A DNA stretch of 64,000 bases from Vicugna vicugna (Eukaryota), in assembly GCA_013265495.1 (NCBI GenBank), contig MU058636.1, positions 8,825,425 through 8,889,424 on the forward strand, read 5' to 3'. The notes under the pieces were generated by a model that saw only the letters and a list, made by a program, of their open reading frames with translations, was not told the origin of the DNA and searched no databases. Of this stretch, positions 1 through 15,189 are shown piece after piece. The number at the start of each line of letters is the position of its first letter. Positions within the stretch are counted from its first letter, which is position 1. A program made the position numbers and the translations under genes.

Positions 1-44
1 AAAGGAGGAAAAGAGGAAGAATAGGGATCAGAGGACAGTAGGTG

Positions 45-1510
45 TTAAAAAAGGGGAAAAGTTAAATAGGGCTTTAGGAAAATCACTTCAATATAAATTC
101 TATTCCTTAAAATAACATCGAGAAATACATTGAGTAGATTTCTGTATATTGACTTGTGTCCAATAACTCTATTTAATTCACTTAATAATGCTAATAATTT
201 ATTTGTAAATTCTTTTGGAGTTTCTAAATATGCAATCATAAAGCTTCTTAAATATATGTTGATAGTGTTCATTCATTTATGGAAATTCTCACCCAATATA
301 TTTTCAAATATGGTTTCTACTCAATTTTCTCTCTCTTCTTCTTCTGGAACTCATTGCTCATTGTTAAAACTTTTTACAATGATCTGCATGTCTCTTATGT
401 TCTTTGGTAGATCTCGTTTCTCTCTCTCAGCATCATATTGATACTTTTTTATTGATCTAGCTAACAGATCACTGATTCTGTCTTCTGATGTTTTTAACCT
501 TTCATTACTGCTATTGAATTCTTAACTTCGATTATTATTATTTTTTTGACTTCTACCATTTTATTCTTTTGTGTGTGTGTGAATTTTGGGATCTTTACTG
601 AAATCCTCCATAATTTTCTCTATGATCTTGTACATATTAATCAAAATTATTTTAACATCTCTGTTGGTAACTCAAAATCTCAACCACGAGTCAGTCAGTT
701 TCTTTTATCTGTTTTTTCTTCATTTTCAGTCAGTGATCCTGTATGTTTGCTTGTTGTGCTTTACTGTGATTTGTAATTTTGGATAAGATGAGCATTCTGT
801 GTATAATACCACAGAAATTCTGGATGATGTTAACTACTTCCAAAAAACTTAAATTTTTCTTTTGGTAGGCAGATAAACAATGAATCGGCATCAATCTGAG
901 CTTTGTAATAGCTGATACATACTTTAGGTTTATATTTACTTCTAGGCTGTCATACTTTTAGACCATGGCACTTACTTTAAGTTTTGCCTGATGTCTAAAG
1001 TCAAAGATGGACCATACAGCTGCTAAAATCTCAGTCCAACTCTTACAGCTGTCCAGCTGTTTTTCTTTGCTGAGTTTCCTAGGGTCTTTCACTATGGATG
1101 CACAACTGAGGATCAACCTTAGACTTAAGAACAATTCTATACAGATTTTGGCATTTATTTCTCTGCAGCCCCCTTCTCTCCAGAATTCTGTTGCTTTACT
1201 TTCAGCCAGTCTGAAAGCCTCAAACTCCAATCTCTTTCCTCCCAGCCAAGTAGGGCTCTTGATTGCTGCTTGGTACATTTCTTCTCCCAGTGGGTAAACC
1301 AGAAATTTCCCTAAGGGAAAAAACTTAGATAGATATGGAAATGACATGGTACACTGTCCTTCAATCAAGGACTCTAATCACTCAAATCTTACTTGTGTTT
1401 CTTGCTCCTCATTTTCTTCAAACAGTTGTTTTTTAAAATATATTTTGTCCATTTGATAATTATTTTCACCAGTAAGGATAGTGCAATTTGAGTTTCCCTC
1501 TAGTTACCAA
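45..1510 (-). mobile_element. Old L1 (L1M-type) fragments: ORF2 piece plus ORF1/5' region
   Basis: ORF 45..272 contains YLETPKEFTNKLLALLSELNRVIGHKSI, resembling L1 ORF2 YLENPKDS.KKLLELI.EFSKV.GYKIN; the T-rich + strand is typical of antisense L1. Confidence 0.7.
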
Positions 1511-3249
1511 ATACAGAATATCTTTATTGATTAAATTTTGATTTGTTACTGAAATATATCATAATTGCTATTGATTAAGCAACTTGACAAAGTATTTAGG
1601 AAGTAAGGATCAGAGTGTACGATCACATTCGGATCAGATTGGTCTGATTACAAATGCCCATTTTCTTGTATTATATCTTACGTAACAAGATGTATCTCTG
1701 CTGTGAGTAGGACCTAAGTTGTTGCTTTAGTTAAAGGTAAATTGAAAAAGTTCTTATCAGCAGTATGTGGAGTCATGGACCAAGAGAAACAGAGGTCACA
1801 GGTGGAACTGAGGGTGCAAGAACAGTGGGAGATTTGGAATAACTTCAATAAAGAGATGGATGAATAATAATATGTGATTTTAAGGATTACTGAAGTTCAC
1901 TAAGAGTTTACCTTAGGTCTGATAGCATGGGATGACTCTCACAGGCAAGGTACTCCTTCTGACTTCAGGATTGGGTTTAGCAAAGCAGACAAAGCAGATG
2001 ACAGATAATCCAGGTGTAGCACATTATAACTTCAGGGAATAAGGTATTCTTAGATTTTAGTAAATGTCAAACTGAACTATACTCACTGCCTATTAATACT
2101 TATTATATCAAATGCTACATTTGAAATCAGTTGAAATTTCAAAAACTGCCAACGGGGCAGAGAGAATGACCAAGCCAACCTAAGAAGTCAGAAGACAGCA
2201 AGAGGAGAAAGAAGAAATTGGAAAGCGAAAAATCTGAAGATCTTGTGGGTGGAGATTGATATCCTACATGTGAAACACCTTCATATGGTAATAAATATGT
2301 TATTGTAATCAAATTGGAGGGTGAAATGAAATAGAGGGCAGGTAAATGAGCTGATTAGGTCAAGAATCTACGAAGTCACGTTTTTGTTTTTAACAAACAA
2401 AGGAAAAAGATTTCATTCCATAAGCAATATTTTTAAAAGAACAGTTTTGATGATCTATCATAAATACTGGCTTATATTTAGAAAAATGTGAAATCACTGC
2501 TTAAAATTGGTAAAATGGCTTTAATGGTGACAAACTTCCAAGTATAACTTGAGCATCACAGGGATAAGTACTCATCTGATGCCTTTTATTTGATTTTATC
2601 AAGTTGTGATAAAATCTCAAATACAATGTCTATTTCAGAGATTTGATACAATGTGTTATTTATTTTTATCCGTAATTCTAGTTTCTGTTCTTCACTTATA
2701 AATGTTTTACGAATGTAAATTATCCAAAGAATGCATTTTTCTTAATTTAAGATGAAGTACTTATCCATTTTACAAAAGAACAGAGATATATTTTCTTAAC
2801 TAGAACAGTCACAAAACAATTTAAATGTCACCTTCTGGATATCAGTCTAATTCCAGAGAACCAATATATAGCTCTTTAAATCATTGATTTTTCAGTTCAT
2901 CAACTTTAGTACTATTTTTTCACATTTCTTTCTCTGAAAGTGGTTCTCAGATTATTCAATGGGGTCCCTAAAAGCAATATTATCATGAAAAATTTGCTTT
3001 GTATGTCTTGTATCCCAGTGAAATCATTTAATAGGTATTTTGTTACAAGTTATGGATATGATTAACATAACTCTAAGTTGACTTCAATTGCATGACTGCA
3101 CAGATCTGTATAAGAGATGTCATCTGTTATGCACTCATGAATTAGATCTCTAAGTCTGCTAGAGAAAATGTCCTTTGTAGAAATTACAAGTAACTTCAGT
3201 AGAATCATTCAAAGTTAAAAAATATGAACGTTTATATTTTAAATTTAAA

Positions 3250-4220
3250 TCTGATATATACAAAGGTTTACAGCAGCTTTATTCATAATCAACAAAAACT
3301 GGAACAACTGAAAGGTTTTCAACTAGTCAAAAACTAGTCAACAAATAAATACACTGTGGTACAGCAACATAATGGAATAGCATTCACCCATAAAAAGGAA
3401 CAAACTAGTGATACACACAACATAGATGAATCTACAAGACAATATGCAAAATGAAAGCAGCAAAACCCAAATGCTACATGCTTTATGATTCCATTTATAT
3501 TACATCATAGAAAAGGCAAGACATGGGATCAGAAAACATATCAATGGTTGCTAGGGAACATGGGGTGAGGTCAAGTATTTGGCGATAGAGGGACAGAGAA
3601 GTTTTGGGAGATGGTAAAATTGTTCTAAATCTGGAAAGTGGTGCTGGCTGCCCAATGGTATACATTTGTCAAAGGTCAGAGAACTGTACGCTACTAAAGA
3701 GGGTGAATTCTACTTTGTGTAAATTATACTTCTATAAATCTGACTAAACAAAGAAAAAATTTCATTTTAAGAGAATGTACTTCTGGGTATGATGCTCTGA
3801 AAAGAGTACGTCACATCTGTAGCTTTCTTCCCAAGTGTGTTACCTTAATCTAACCATGAGAAAACATAATGACAAGTTGAGGGGCCTACTACAAAATAAC
3901 TCCTCAAAATATCAAGACCATGAATGTCAGAGTAACTCTCAAGAACTGTCACAGACTTGAGGAGACTAGGAGATCTTACAACTGCCTTTCAAGTTCTGGA
4001 TGCTGGACAAGAAAATGCATTTGTAGGACAACTGACAAAATCTGAAGACTATAGAGTAGTTATTAATACACCGATTAATGTTAATTCCCTGGTTTAGATC
4101 ATTTTACTGTAGTCATGTAAGACGTTACTGTTAGAGAAACATGGGTAAAAGGTAAGACAACTATGCACACCATCTCCAGCTATTTGTAAGTGTAAAATTA
4201 TTTTAAATTAAAAGCTTAAA
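3250..4220 (+). mobile_element. Old L1 3' ends (L1ME/L1MC-like)
   Basis: L1 3' UTR motifs: cagcagctttattcataat, aatggaatagcattca...ataaaaaggaac, atgattccatttata, tgtgtaaattatac. Confidence 0.7.
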
Positions 4221-5249
4221 ACTTTAAATGGCCTAGAATTTCACTTTCTTGGTAAAATATACTTGATGGTGGCAGCCTTTCCATGAGTAACAACAAACTT
4301 GTACAGATTTGCATACAGTTAAAAACATAATTAATTAATTAATATTATTTTTAAAGCCATCATAGAGCTGTGAAGTCACAAAGCACTAGATGATTCCAAA
4401 TACCAAACAGGGAAAACGTATCCCTATATGAGCAGGTAACTGCTGGCCCTATTATTTCCTGAGCAGATTTGCCATTCCTGGACACGAGCTTTAATCAAGC
4501 TTTTTGTAGACAGAGAAAAGCTCTAAAAAGAAAACAAACCAGGAGAAATTTCAATGGTCATTTGTACTGAAATCTGGTGGATGCTCAAATACATTGCCTG
4601 TTTTATCAACTAGGACATTTGCTGAATCCAAGGCATCACAGGAGACTGGGAATTTGAGCCTAAAAGAGAAGACCAAATTTCTCACAGTCATGAGGCATAA
4701 CCTTTCAGCAGGATTCTAAGTGTCTGTGCTGCAATTGTCTTCTGAGTATTTCCAGAGATTCACTACTTTTTCTTTATATGCCATAGATCTCTCTAACAGC
4801 ATGAAATATTACAGGTATTACAGCCAAAAAAGAAGTCCTCTGGCACAGTCTGAGCATGCTACTGAGACAGTTATGCCAGCATGAAATGCAACAAATACAT
4901 GAGAGTTCTCTCCATCAAGATATTTGTCCCATTTTGAATTCACATGTGTGACTGTATTAAAAGTTAACTTAAAATAGCCAAAGATCACAAGTTTCATGGT
5001 GGAAGAGGCAGGAACTTCTGTTTTTTCTATGAAGCCCATGAGGGCCATGACCAAGCTGGGGCTGGGCAGGAAAAACAGAATAAAATTTCTCACAATCTTG
5101 CACTTCTTAGGAGACAAATTCTTGCCAGATGGAGGGACCTGAGGCAAATAAAGACAGGTATCATCTGAGTCTAACCAAAGCCACCACCTAGCCCTGACTC
5201 AGTTCAATTATAATGGTACTGATGTAATCACAATATTATATCTGCTTAA

Positions 5250-7300
5250 CAGAGGAAGCTGTGAACTATCTCTAGGGCAAAATAACATTGACTACTGTCT
5301 CTATAATTCCTTAAACAATATGTGTGGCATGTGTTAAATATATATATTTAACAGGTCAGGTTGAAGGGACAGGAAAAAGAAAAAAGAAGAGAAAACAGAA
5401 ACAGACCCACAGAGTATCAAATGTTGTGTTAGAAGAATAGGATTTTTAAAATAAATATGATTAATACATTAAAGTAAATAGAGAAAGAGATGGATGAAAT
5501 TAATAAATAAAATGAGACTAAACAGAAGGTAAGAATCTCCAAAATAGCATCAAATTGGCAATCTGAAACTATAAACAATACTTAGAGTTAAAAACAGCAG
5601 ATTGAACACAGCAAAAAACAGAAGTGAAATCAGATACTAGTTAAGAGAAAATATAAAAACTGAAAGATAAAGAAAAATATAAAGAAGACAGAATATAGCC
5701 TAAGAGATTTGTAAGATACAGTCAAAAAGTCTAATATATGTGTAACTGAAATCCCAGAAGGAAAGACAAGACAGAATGGTGCATGAGCGATATTGATTAC
5801 ATATTGGGCAATAATTTCTCAAAATTGATTAAATACACCAATAAACAGGTTCAAAAATCTCAGTAAATCTAAACATGACAATAAATTTCATCATAGCAAA
5901 CCACTTAACAACAAAGATAAAGAGAAAATCTTATTTACAAACAGAAAAAAAGACACTTCACCTCTAAAGAAGCAACAATCTCAAGTGTACATGAAGCATA
6001 GACCAAAATAGACCACATGCTGGGCAATAAAGCAAGACAATGTATTTCAAACAACTGAAATTTCTGAAAACATTAGAATTAATCTAGAAGTAAAGAATAG
6101 AAAGACAACTAGGAAATCCCTAAATATTTGTATGTCAAATAACACGTTTCTAAATAACTAATAGGTCACAAAGAGTTATCTCAATAGATAAAAGAAAATA
6201 TTGTGATTGCATTATAATAAGAATATAGCAAAGGAAATATTGTGGAATGTATCTAAAGGAGTACTCAAAAATAAAAGGATATATTATAAAGAAGAAATAT
6301 TGAAAATCAGTGATAGAAGCTTCCATTGTAAAAAGCACAGTCAAAGTATAGCAATTTCAACTCAAAAAAATAAATAAATAAAAACAGGAAATAGTAGAGA
6401 ATGGCAAAGCAAATTAATAAAAATAACAAGCATACAATAGAGAAAATAAGACATACACTCAATATGAAAAAATAACAAAAGGCTTGAACTGGAACTTCAA
6501 AAAGGATATCTAAATAGCCCATAAATATAAATAGTTTCTCAACTTTTTTAGTCGAGTGAAATTCAATTAAAACCACAATGTGATGTAACCACATACTGAT
6601 AAGAATAACTGAAATAAAAAATGCAGGCAATAGTACCTAATTTTGACCATGTGGAGTACTGGAATTGGTTCAACAGCTCTGGGAAGTTGTTTGACAGCAC
6701 CTACTAAGGCATGTCCCATGATCCAGAAAATTTCACTCCAATGTCAGTATCAAGGAAAAATGCATATTTACATTTCCCTACAAAAGCATAGGCAAATGTC
6801 ATTACAGCACTATTTACAATAGCCAAAGACTAGAAATAACACGAAAATTCATCCACAGTAATATACATAAATAAATTATGGTATATTCACACAACAGAAT
6901 ACTGCAGAGCACTGAGAATGAATGGACGCAGTTACATGAAACAGCATGAACATGTAACAGGATGAGTGTCATAAACATAATATTGAACAAGAGGAACCCA
7001 ACACAAGGGAGTACTTATTATGTGACTGCAAATATGCACTGCAAGATCCAGCAAAACTAAACAGTATGTATTTACATGTTCACACACTGAAACCAAAATC
7101 TTGAAGAAAATTAAATGAAATATTATAACATCCAAGACGGTTAAGGAGGGAGACTCAGTGTGCCCAAAAGTGCTAATATGATGTTAATTACCAACCTCGG
7201 TGGTGGTTTTAGTAGCATTCAAATTGTTCTTTAAAGTGTTCGAATACTGTTTACTCTTTCACAAGTATGGTATATTTCACTGTGAAAAACAATGTTAAGA
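5250..7300 (+). mobile_element. Old, fragmented L1 (ORF1 remnant, ORF2 pieces, 3' end)
   Basis: A-rich strand with L1 motifs such as accaaaatagaccacatgctggg, aattaaaaccacaatg, cagcactatttacaatagcc. Confidence 0.7.
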
Positions 7301-8859
7301 AAGTGAACAATCTTCTACAAAAGCAGTCATACTTTATACATTTTCAAAGCAAAAATTACATCTTAGTGGCATATGAAAGAAAAATTTGAATGTCTTTGAA
7401 AGCTATTCCAGTGCGAATCAGAGAACAGGTATTAATCTTTATTCCAATTCTCTGATACAGTTATAAAATGTCTTCTTGTTACCAAAGTTACTATTTGGAG
7501 AAGGATTGTATTGAAGATTTGGCCAGAAGGAAATACTGATTTTCCATATTAAATAGATCTTACCAGAGCTGTCATTCCTGGAAAATTAGATGGAAATCAG
7601 CAAGCTCCAATGTTGCAAACAACAAGAAATTAGTGTTTCCTGGTGAATAGCATTTGAGGCAGGAAATGATAAGAGATAAGATTCAACTTGATTATGGAGA
7701 TCAAGAACCTCTTCTCAACTCAGTAACTAACGCTTTATCTGGCATGTGCTGTGAAGTCACTGAATCCTTTTAAATAGAGAACCGCCATAGTTGGATGTGC
7801 ATTTTAGGTAAATTAATCTGGTGGCAACGTGGAAACCTAAATATGAAATGCTAAACAGCAACAGATTTTCTCCTTCTAAAAGAAGCTAGAAAAACTAGAG
7901 TGATAATTTCTCCTTTTATTTTTTGAATCTTTGTGTAGTTTAACTTTCAAAGACTTACTAATGCGAACAGAATAACATTCAAAAAAAGATCCTTGCCATC
8001 ACTAAATCCTCCATTCTCTTTTCCAGGATCATTTGCTGGTGCAGTTTCTCAAGCCAAAATCTAAGGACCCCAGGATTCTTTTTCTTGTCTAGGCAAAGTC
8101 CATTTTCTTGTCTGCTGAAATCCTTCCCTCCAGTGGGTATTTCCCTATCCTTCTAAGTCAATCACTTCTTCCCCAGTGGTCTCTCAGAACCGTGTTTCAG
8201 CCTCTATTGTGCATTGATTTTATCCTACCCTGTATTGCACTCAGTTGCTTGTGCACACTTCTCTCCCACAAAATTTCTGCCTTACTGTTTGCATTCCTGC
8301 TCCTACTCCTCAGTACTATATCCGTTATAATTGTTCAATAATGCTTTAATGCATTATCCTTTATTTGCTTTTGAAATGAGTTCCCTTCTTTCAAGGGAAT
8401 GTTTTTAAAAATTAATTAAAATGGATTTTGTAAAATACATTGTGTGTCTGTGTGTGTATATACCATATACACCAAAGCACATATCAGACATTCTTCTAGA
8501 TCATACATGCTCAAGGAAGGCAATATTGCCCCCAAGGAGACAAACTTGGTCCAAAGGAGGGGGGAAACGGGTGTTATGCAGTTTGTAAACCTCCAAAGGG
8601 CCATAATACATTGTAATATTAAAAATTCACAGGGTGTAGACGACTAAGGAAAAATATCTTTAAAGACTCTACATGGAGTGTAATTTTTTAAAAGTTGGGA
8701 AACACTATACTAGACACACAGTAGAGAACAGCCAGATAAAATACCTACTTCAGTAGATGTAGAGAGAGAAGACAGACCAATACACGACTCTACAAGCAAC
8801 ATAAGATAGTGGAAAATGTCCCAAATTAAAAAGGGTGTATAAATAGAGTTTTAATAGAT

Positions 8860-10070
8860 TAACAGAGAGGGTGCTTTAAATTAGGAAGGTTATGACTGGC
8901 CTCTCTACTGACATAACCTTTAAAATGAATGCATATCTAAATGATTAGAAAGAGTCAAACATTGTAAACTGTAGGGGAAGAGAATGCAAGGTAGAGAGAA
9001 CAGTTAGTGCCAAAGCCCTAATTTAAAGATTGGCGTGTTTTGTTTGAGGAACAGAAAACCTGTGTGGCTGGAGCACATGAGGCAACAGCTGGTATGAGAA
9101 GTGAGGTCAAGAGAAGGTTCTATTTAACACGGAGAGATAACAGCATATTTTTATACTAATGGACTAATCCAACACGAGAGAGTTAATATTAGGAGAAAAA
9201 CGGGAGGATTGCTGGACTAATGTTCTTGAATGCAGTACGGTATTAGAGCGCAGTGCAAAATGTGAGAATTGATTTTGAATAGAACGATGAATCTTTTCAC
9301 CTCTAGTTGAAGTAGGCAGGAAGACAGAGAATATATGTGCAAATGTTCATAGATCAGTGTTGTCTTCTGATTGCTTGTATTTTCTGGGTAAAGTAAGAAG
9401 AAAGATCATCAGCTGAGTGAGGACTGGGGCGATGGTGTTGTAAATGACATGTGAAGATTGGTTTTGAAATATTTCTTTAAGAAAAATGGAGAGTCAATGG
9501 ACTAGGAAACTTAGAATAATTGTCTGGGACATAAAGATCCCATTAGATGTCTATAGTGATGGATTTGAGCAGAGAAAGGTCATTGTGGTTGTGTGCTTTT
9601 CTCCAGTCACATTCAGTTGTTTGGGTGCAAATGCAAAATAGGGTTTAACTAGGGTTGTGATTTTGACAAGCAAGTCTAATGAAGGGAAAGACATCAAGGA
9701 AACTGAGCAGTAACTCAATGAAATCACTATTATGATGGACAGTGGGATTTGAGTCAGATAGGAAGGCAAAGAAAATATCAAAGAAGTGAGAAGGAGTGAA
9801 AAGATAATGAGATCAACGAATGACCCTTTTAGATTATGATGCAGTCGCACTTACCGGTCATGACAGGGTCTATGCAAGTACATTGCTATGGGGATGAATG
9901 GTTGAGGTGGTGTGAAGGAGGTCATAGTAATTGAAGGGGAGGAGTTCAAGGAATTTATTTCTAGCATTTGTGTTTTTAATGCATTCTCCACATGTTGGTT
10001 GAGGTCATGAGAAGATGAGTCATGTTGAACAGACTGAATACGAGCCATAAAATAAATCATTCTAATAAAT
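8860..10070 (-). mobile_element. LINE-2 fragments
   Basis: Degenerate L2 motifs (tgtgtggctggagc, gaagtgaggtca, tgtgctttt ctccagtcacattcag) recognised by eye. Confidence 0.6.
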
Positions 10071-10710
10071 ATTCTGTTAAAGATGGAAACTTATCACGAG
10101 ATAGCAAATTTTGACTATTGTTGGTATGTTGTGAATTCAGAGTGGAGAGTGGGAAGATGGGAAAATGTCAAATGAAAGGATGGACTTAATGACATAGCCT
10201 ATTCAACTGCCTGATCAGACTGTGTACCAATATTGAAGGAAAAAAAAGCCCCAAGAGTGCAAAACAAAGAAAGCAAGGGTAAAACCATCAAACATTAAAA
10301 CTTGATTTTTAAAACACATTTAAATATATGCAATTATTTTCAGCTATTTTGACTACTGCTCTTATTTGATGTGCATTACTCAATGAGACAGTTAAAACCT
10401 GTTTTTAGTAAATCATATTATGAAGTATTAATTCCAACTGTAGTCAAATTTTAATCTCATTTCTTATAAAATGTTCAATATTTTCTGTAAATTTGTAACA
10501 AAATAAAAGTCACATTATAGCTTATGGATCAATTAGATTTAGTAACAATATATCCATATGCAATATATGTATATTATATGTGCATATGTGTAAACATATA
10601 TATTTCATTAAACACAGGGAAATTTTATCATATTTAACAAAATATTATAGTTATTCCTAATTTTAATACATAATTGTTTCCATTTTTCTCAAATGCAGAA
10701 CACATACTTT

Positions 10711-10745
10711 CATACACATACACACATACACACACACACACACAC
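10711..10745. repeat. (CA)n / (CATA) microsatellite
   Basis: catacacatacacacatacacacacacacacacac. Confidence 0.9.
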
Positions 10746-11219
10746 TCATACTTGCTTAATGAAGTTAATATGCCTTTTATCATGCTATCAGCTTTATTAA
10801 CTACTATTTTTAGATACATACTATATGGTTTTAAAAATTAAATAATGAGAAAAAGTCATATGAATTTACCTTTTATAACTTACAAAATGGGTAATAGATT
10901 AGATTAGATTTGTAAAATTTTAATCCCAACTGCTTTTGGTAATCTCTCCTACAAAAGACTTATATCATAGTTTAGTTTTTAGTGTTTTTATAGTATTTAT
11001 TGAAATTGTATGAACATGTTTATTTGTGATGGTAAATGCAATTATATTTTTATTTCAGAAAATAAGTATTTGCCTGCTTGGATTATATGGTAGATATTTT
11101 CTATAAATAAAATAAGACATGTCTGTAGCTCTGAGGGTCTATTAAAAATGTATTTGAACCATGAGATAAAAGTAAATATTTTAATGACAAAGATATACTG
11201 AAAATATCACTTTCTATTT

Positions 11220-11320
11220 TTAATTTATTTTTCTTTTTTATTGAGAGTTGTAAAATATGTTACAGGTGTACAATACAGTGATTCACAATTTTTAAAGGTT
11301 ATATTCCATTTATAGTTATG
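11220..11320 (-). mobile_element. Short L1 3'-end fragment of cetartiodactyl type
   Basis: T-rich tail then gttacaggtgtacaatacagtgattcacaatttttaaaggttatattccatttatagttat. Confidence 0.7.
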
Positions 11321-12579
11321 AGTAAGAACAGAAGAAACCAAAAATCCCAAATATTAAATAAAACAAGAAGATAATTCATAGCCTTTCCTGATTTCCTGTG
11401 CTGTGTTGTCATATCTCTTCAGTTGTTCACAACACATAGCAATTTCAAATGTATTTCTCAGTTCTGCCACTCAGCACGATTGAAATGAGAAGGGAAGATA
11501 ACACTCATCTTTCATCTTTATTATGGATTATATTGGGGATTCTCTATCATGGGGAAACATACTGAATCTCCCTCATCTATATAAATATAAAAAATATGGA
11601 TAAAAGGACAAATAAGAAATAAGAAGAAAAGGACAAGTGACTTTTTGTACTGACTCGTGGGTAGAAAGAGACCATATAGATCTTCAAACACAAGTTTCAT
11701 CACCCTTAGGAAGATCTCCAATCACCCTTGTCTTGGTAATCTAGTGTCTCTGCCCTGTGTGATCCGGTAAGAAATGGTCCCAAGGCAGGGGGCAAAGCGA
11801 GATCTAACAACTGATGCTTCAAGTTATGATCCTAACCAAATATTTTATATACCACTCAATTTTACTGTCAAGACATGAAGGGGTACTAAAAATCAGGTAT
11901 ATATCTATGTTTTAATTTTTAAAATATTTTCTTAGTCATTGCTGTCAAATTACTCAATCATTTATATTTATTTTCTCTTGAAAATTCTTGTTGCAAAATT
12001 CTAAAGAAATATGCACATGTTTTCTTCTTTCATGCCCTTTTAAGAAATTCATCCTTGTGCAATAATGAACAAAAATAATAATAAATCTGTATTATGTGTG
12101 CTCACAAAACTTATTCACAGAGGTGGTAAACAATTTTCTGCAGATGAGCTCCCTGGGGGAGTCTGGATTCTCTTTCACATCTCTAAAGAGGGGTATTTGG
12201 AGATGTTCATGCTCAGTTTCACATGTCAGCTGCAAAAGCAAGTGAGAACTTCAATGCTATTGTCAAAGTAAGAAGTTAATAAATAAATCCCAAGGTACTC
12301 TGGAAAATAAAATTTATTTTCTTCAGGCTTCATCTACTTTGAGAGAAAGGAACATCAATAAAGGAAATAAGTCTTAAGTTGAGACTTAAAAGTAAAAATC
12401 TGCAGGGTGGGGAAGGAGAGGAAGGGACAAAATACGGCCCGGAATACGACCAGCTCTTAAGAGGGAAGCAGAAGAAAACAATACGTTTGCCTAACAAAGC
12501 ACCTCGGATATAATATCAGATCATTTGTATCACTTATTTTTCGCATGCCCAACTTTTTGGATATTCTCATAAATCCAAA

Positions 12580-13370
12580 ATATATTTTCCCGATCTAGAT
12601 CTCCCTGTAAATGACTCCAAGGGATAAATCCAAGTGCTAACTGAATATTCTAATAGCAGACCTCACCAGGAATTTCAAATTCAGTGTGTCAAAACTGGCA
12701 TCCTTCACCTGTTACCTTGTCAAGTCTCTCTCCCCCAAAAAGGCACTCCATATTTTCATTTGTTTAGTTTAGACCCTGATCATTTATTTCTTCTATTATG
12801 GTAACAGCCACCTAAAGTGTCTCCTTGACTCTCAAAGCATTCCCCTTAATCCAGCGAGTCTTTTTCTCTGATGAGCATAGGAACATTTACTCGGTCTACA
12901 AAAATGTACATATGCTCTTACACAGGACAATTTGCCTATGATTTAAAAATAATCATATATCCATGAATCCCATTCTTAATCCTCCTAGCAGTTCCTGGAC
13001 CCTGGGTTAATAGTTCCTACACTAACCTAGTCTCAAAACTTCTGCCAAAATAATTACAAAGAAGGAAATCTGTTGTGACCCTATTCTGTATGAGAAAATT
13101 CAAAACCTTTGGTGCAGCATGTAAGGTCTGTCATGATGTGAACACCCCTCATCCTTCAGTCTCTGATTTGCCACCCATCATTTCTTCTCTTTTGATCTAC
13201 ATTAAGTTCCTGGAGATTAACTGCCCGGTAATTTCCCTGCTGTAGCCAAACCATTCTCCCTGCTGGATATGCCCTCTCTGTTCATCACCTGGACACCTTA
13301 AACTCGCGTTTCAAGAGGAGTTTAGGCATCATATTATCCATGAAACCTTACCAAATTCCCTTCTTTCACC
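12580..13370 (+). mobile_element. LINE-2 fragments, probably interrupted by a small hAT (MER) element near 12860-13020
   Basis: Pyrimidine-rich L2-like motifs (tcaaattcagtgtgtc, ggtctgtcatgat, tttaggcatcat). Confidence 0.45.
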
Positions 13371-14169
13371 TCTATCCTCTGCCTGGATTAGCTGTCATTC
13401 CCATAAGTACCCTCTCTTCCAGAATGGACCTGCAGATTTTCACACAAACTCCCCAAATCTGTGAATGATTAACTAGAAGCGTCCTGTGCTTGGCTTGGGA
13501 GGAGGGTGTGGAATTGCTAAGATGGAAAAAAGTATCCCTTTCTTCCTCCCTTCCCACAAGGAGAAAAGAGAAAGTTAGTGACCATTTCTAACAGCAAACA
13601 CTGCTTTCCCAGAAAGCCGATACGTGATTCACAAGGTTCCCTTCCTGCCTTCCCTAATTATGTGATCAAGGATGGGAAGAAAGTTGAACAGGGATAGTTC
13701 TAGTGCATCTAAGTCCTTCAAGAGTTCTCTCTTCTAATTCTCAGCAGCAGCCTTGAGCACGGGGTCTACCAACCGCCTTTGTGTATTCAACTGTCTTTGT
13801 CATTCGACTCAAAAGCTTCCCTTCTTCGTTTCTGGCTCTCATTAAGCTTCTTGTTAATGTAGATTTTTCCCTCTGCCTATGGCATGTCTCTCCACAAAGC
13901 TCATCTCTAACTCATGATGTTGGATGTTGAACACACACTAGACTATCCCACTCTACTGCCCTGTTCTTTCCTACAAGCATCCACGCACACATGCTTCTGT
14001 CCTTCCTAGGTTAAAAATCCCAAATCTCCCATGCATAGTAACTTCTGTCAGATTTGTTCTATTTTCCCAGATTTTTCAAACATTCATGAACCAGCCATGG
14101 AATATACTAAACTCAAACCCAGATCCTTGCTATAGAGAGCTATTAGAGTATTTGCAAAATGCAATGTAA

Positions 14170-14375
14170 TTATCATCTGTTTTACGGAGTATGAGCTCAG
14201 TAAGGTTGACAACTTCATTTATTCTTGACATCTTAGAGCATACAGCACATGACTGGCACACCGGGATTAGAATAGTGGTTAGAAGCACAATGTTAGGAAA
14301 ATCAATTAGGATAATGACTACAAAACCAGCGTCTGGTACATAGTGAATATTCAGTAAATGTTTGCTTATTATTAT
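14170..14375. mobile_element. MIR / L2 3'-end fragments
   Basis: ttatcatctgttttac...gtaaggttgacaactt and tctggtacatagtgaatattcagtaaatgttt. Confidence 0.5.
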
Positions 14376-15189
14376 AGTTGGCAATGATTAAATGTTTGCT
14401 GATTGTCAAGGATAAACATAAAAGAAAAGCCTAAAAATATTTTTTGTCTCTTACAATTATTATATAATTCTAACAATATCCAAAACATTTTTTTCTGGCT
14501 CCAGTTTCCAGATTTGTTATGTTTTTTCAGACTCCAGGTGTCCATGTGTCTTAAACAAAGACATTTCTCTGTAGGCATTCTTATAAAATAGAAGAGTCTC
14601 ACTATGAATTACAAAAATATAATAGCCTACACCTTTTTACAGCTGGGCACAATTTCCTGAGGCCATACAGTGTGTCCTGCACACCGACATTCTTAAAATC
14701 ATGTCACTAAAATATTAACAGCCTCAGGCAAGGGAACAAATGGAAATTTATGATGCATCTAAGAAATACAGAGAACTGGAGATTTTATGATAACAGTGTG
14801 AATACTGTGGACCAACTTAGCAAATATTCATGTATCTGATCCTTAGAACTACTTAGACACCCATGGGAATGCAAAGCAGGACATATTTGGGTGGCCTGAT
14901 CAATGTTTTAATAATCTTATATACTGTTGATATAGATCAGAATTGTGATTTTTTGTGACCATGTTTTATCTTTAGCAGAATAATCTTTTCAAAAAATTTT
15001 CTGTAAAAATTTACATACAGTTCCACTATATGAGAGGTAAGTGTGTGAGACTTTCCTAGGTTCTTTTTGCTTTTATTCCTGCTTCCTAAGAACTCATTCT
15101 ACATATATCTCCCAGAGTTAATCAGATTACCTTTTGTCTACTTATAACTGTCCAATCGGTTTGTTATGCACATAGAGAAAAAAAAAAGC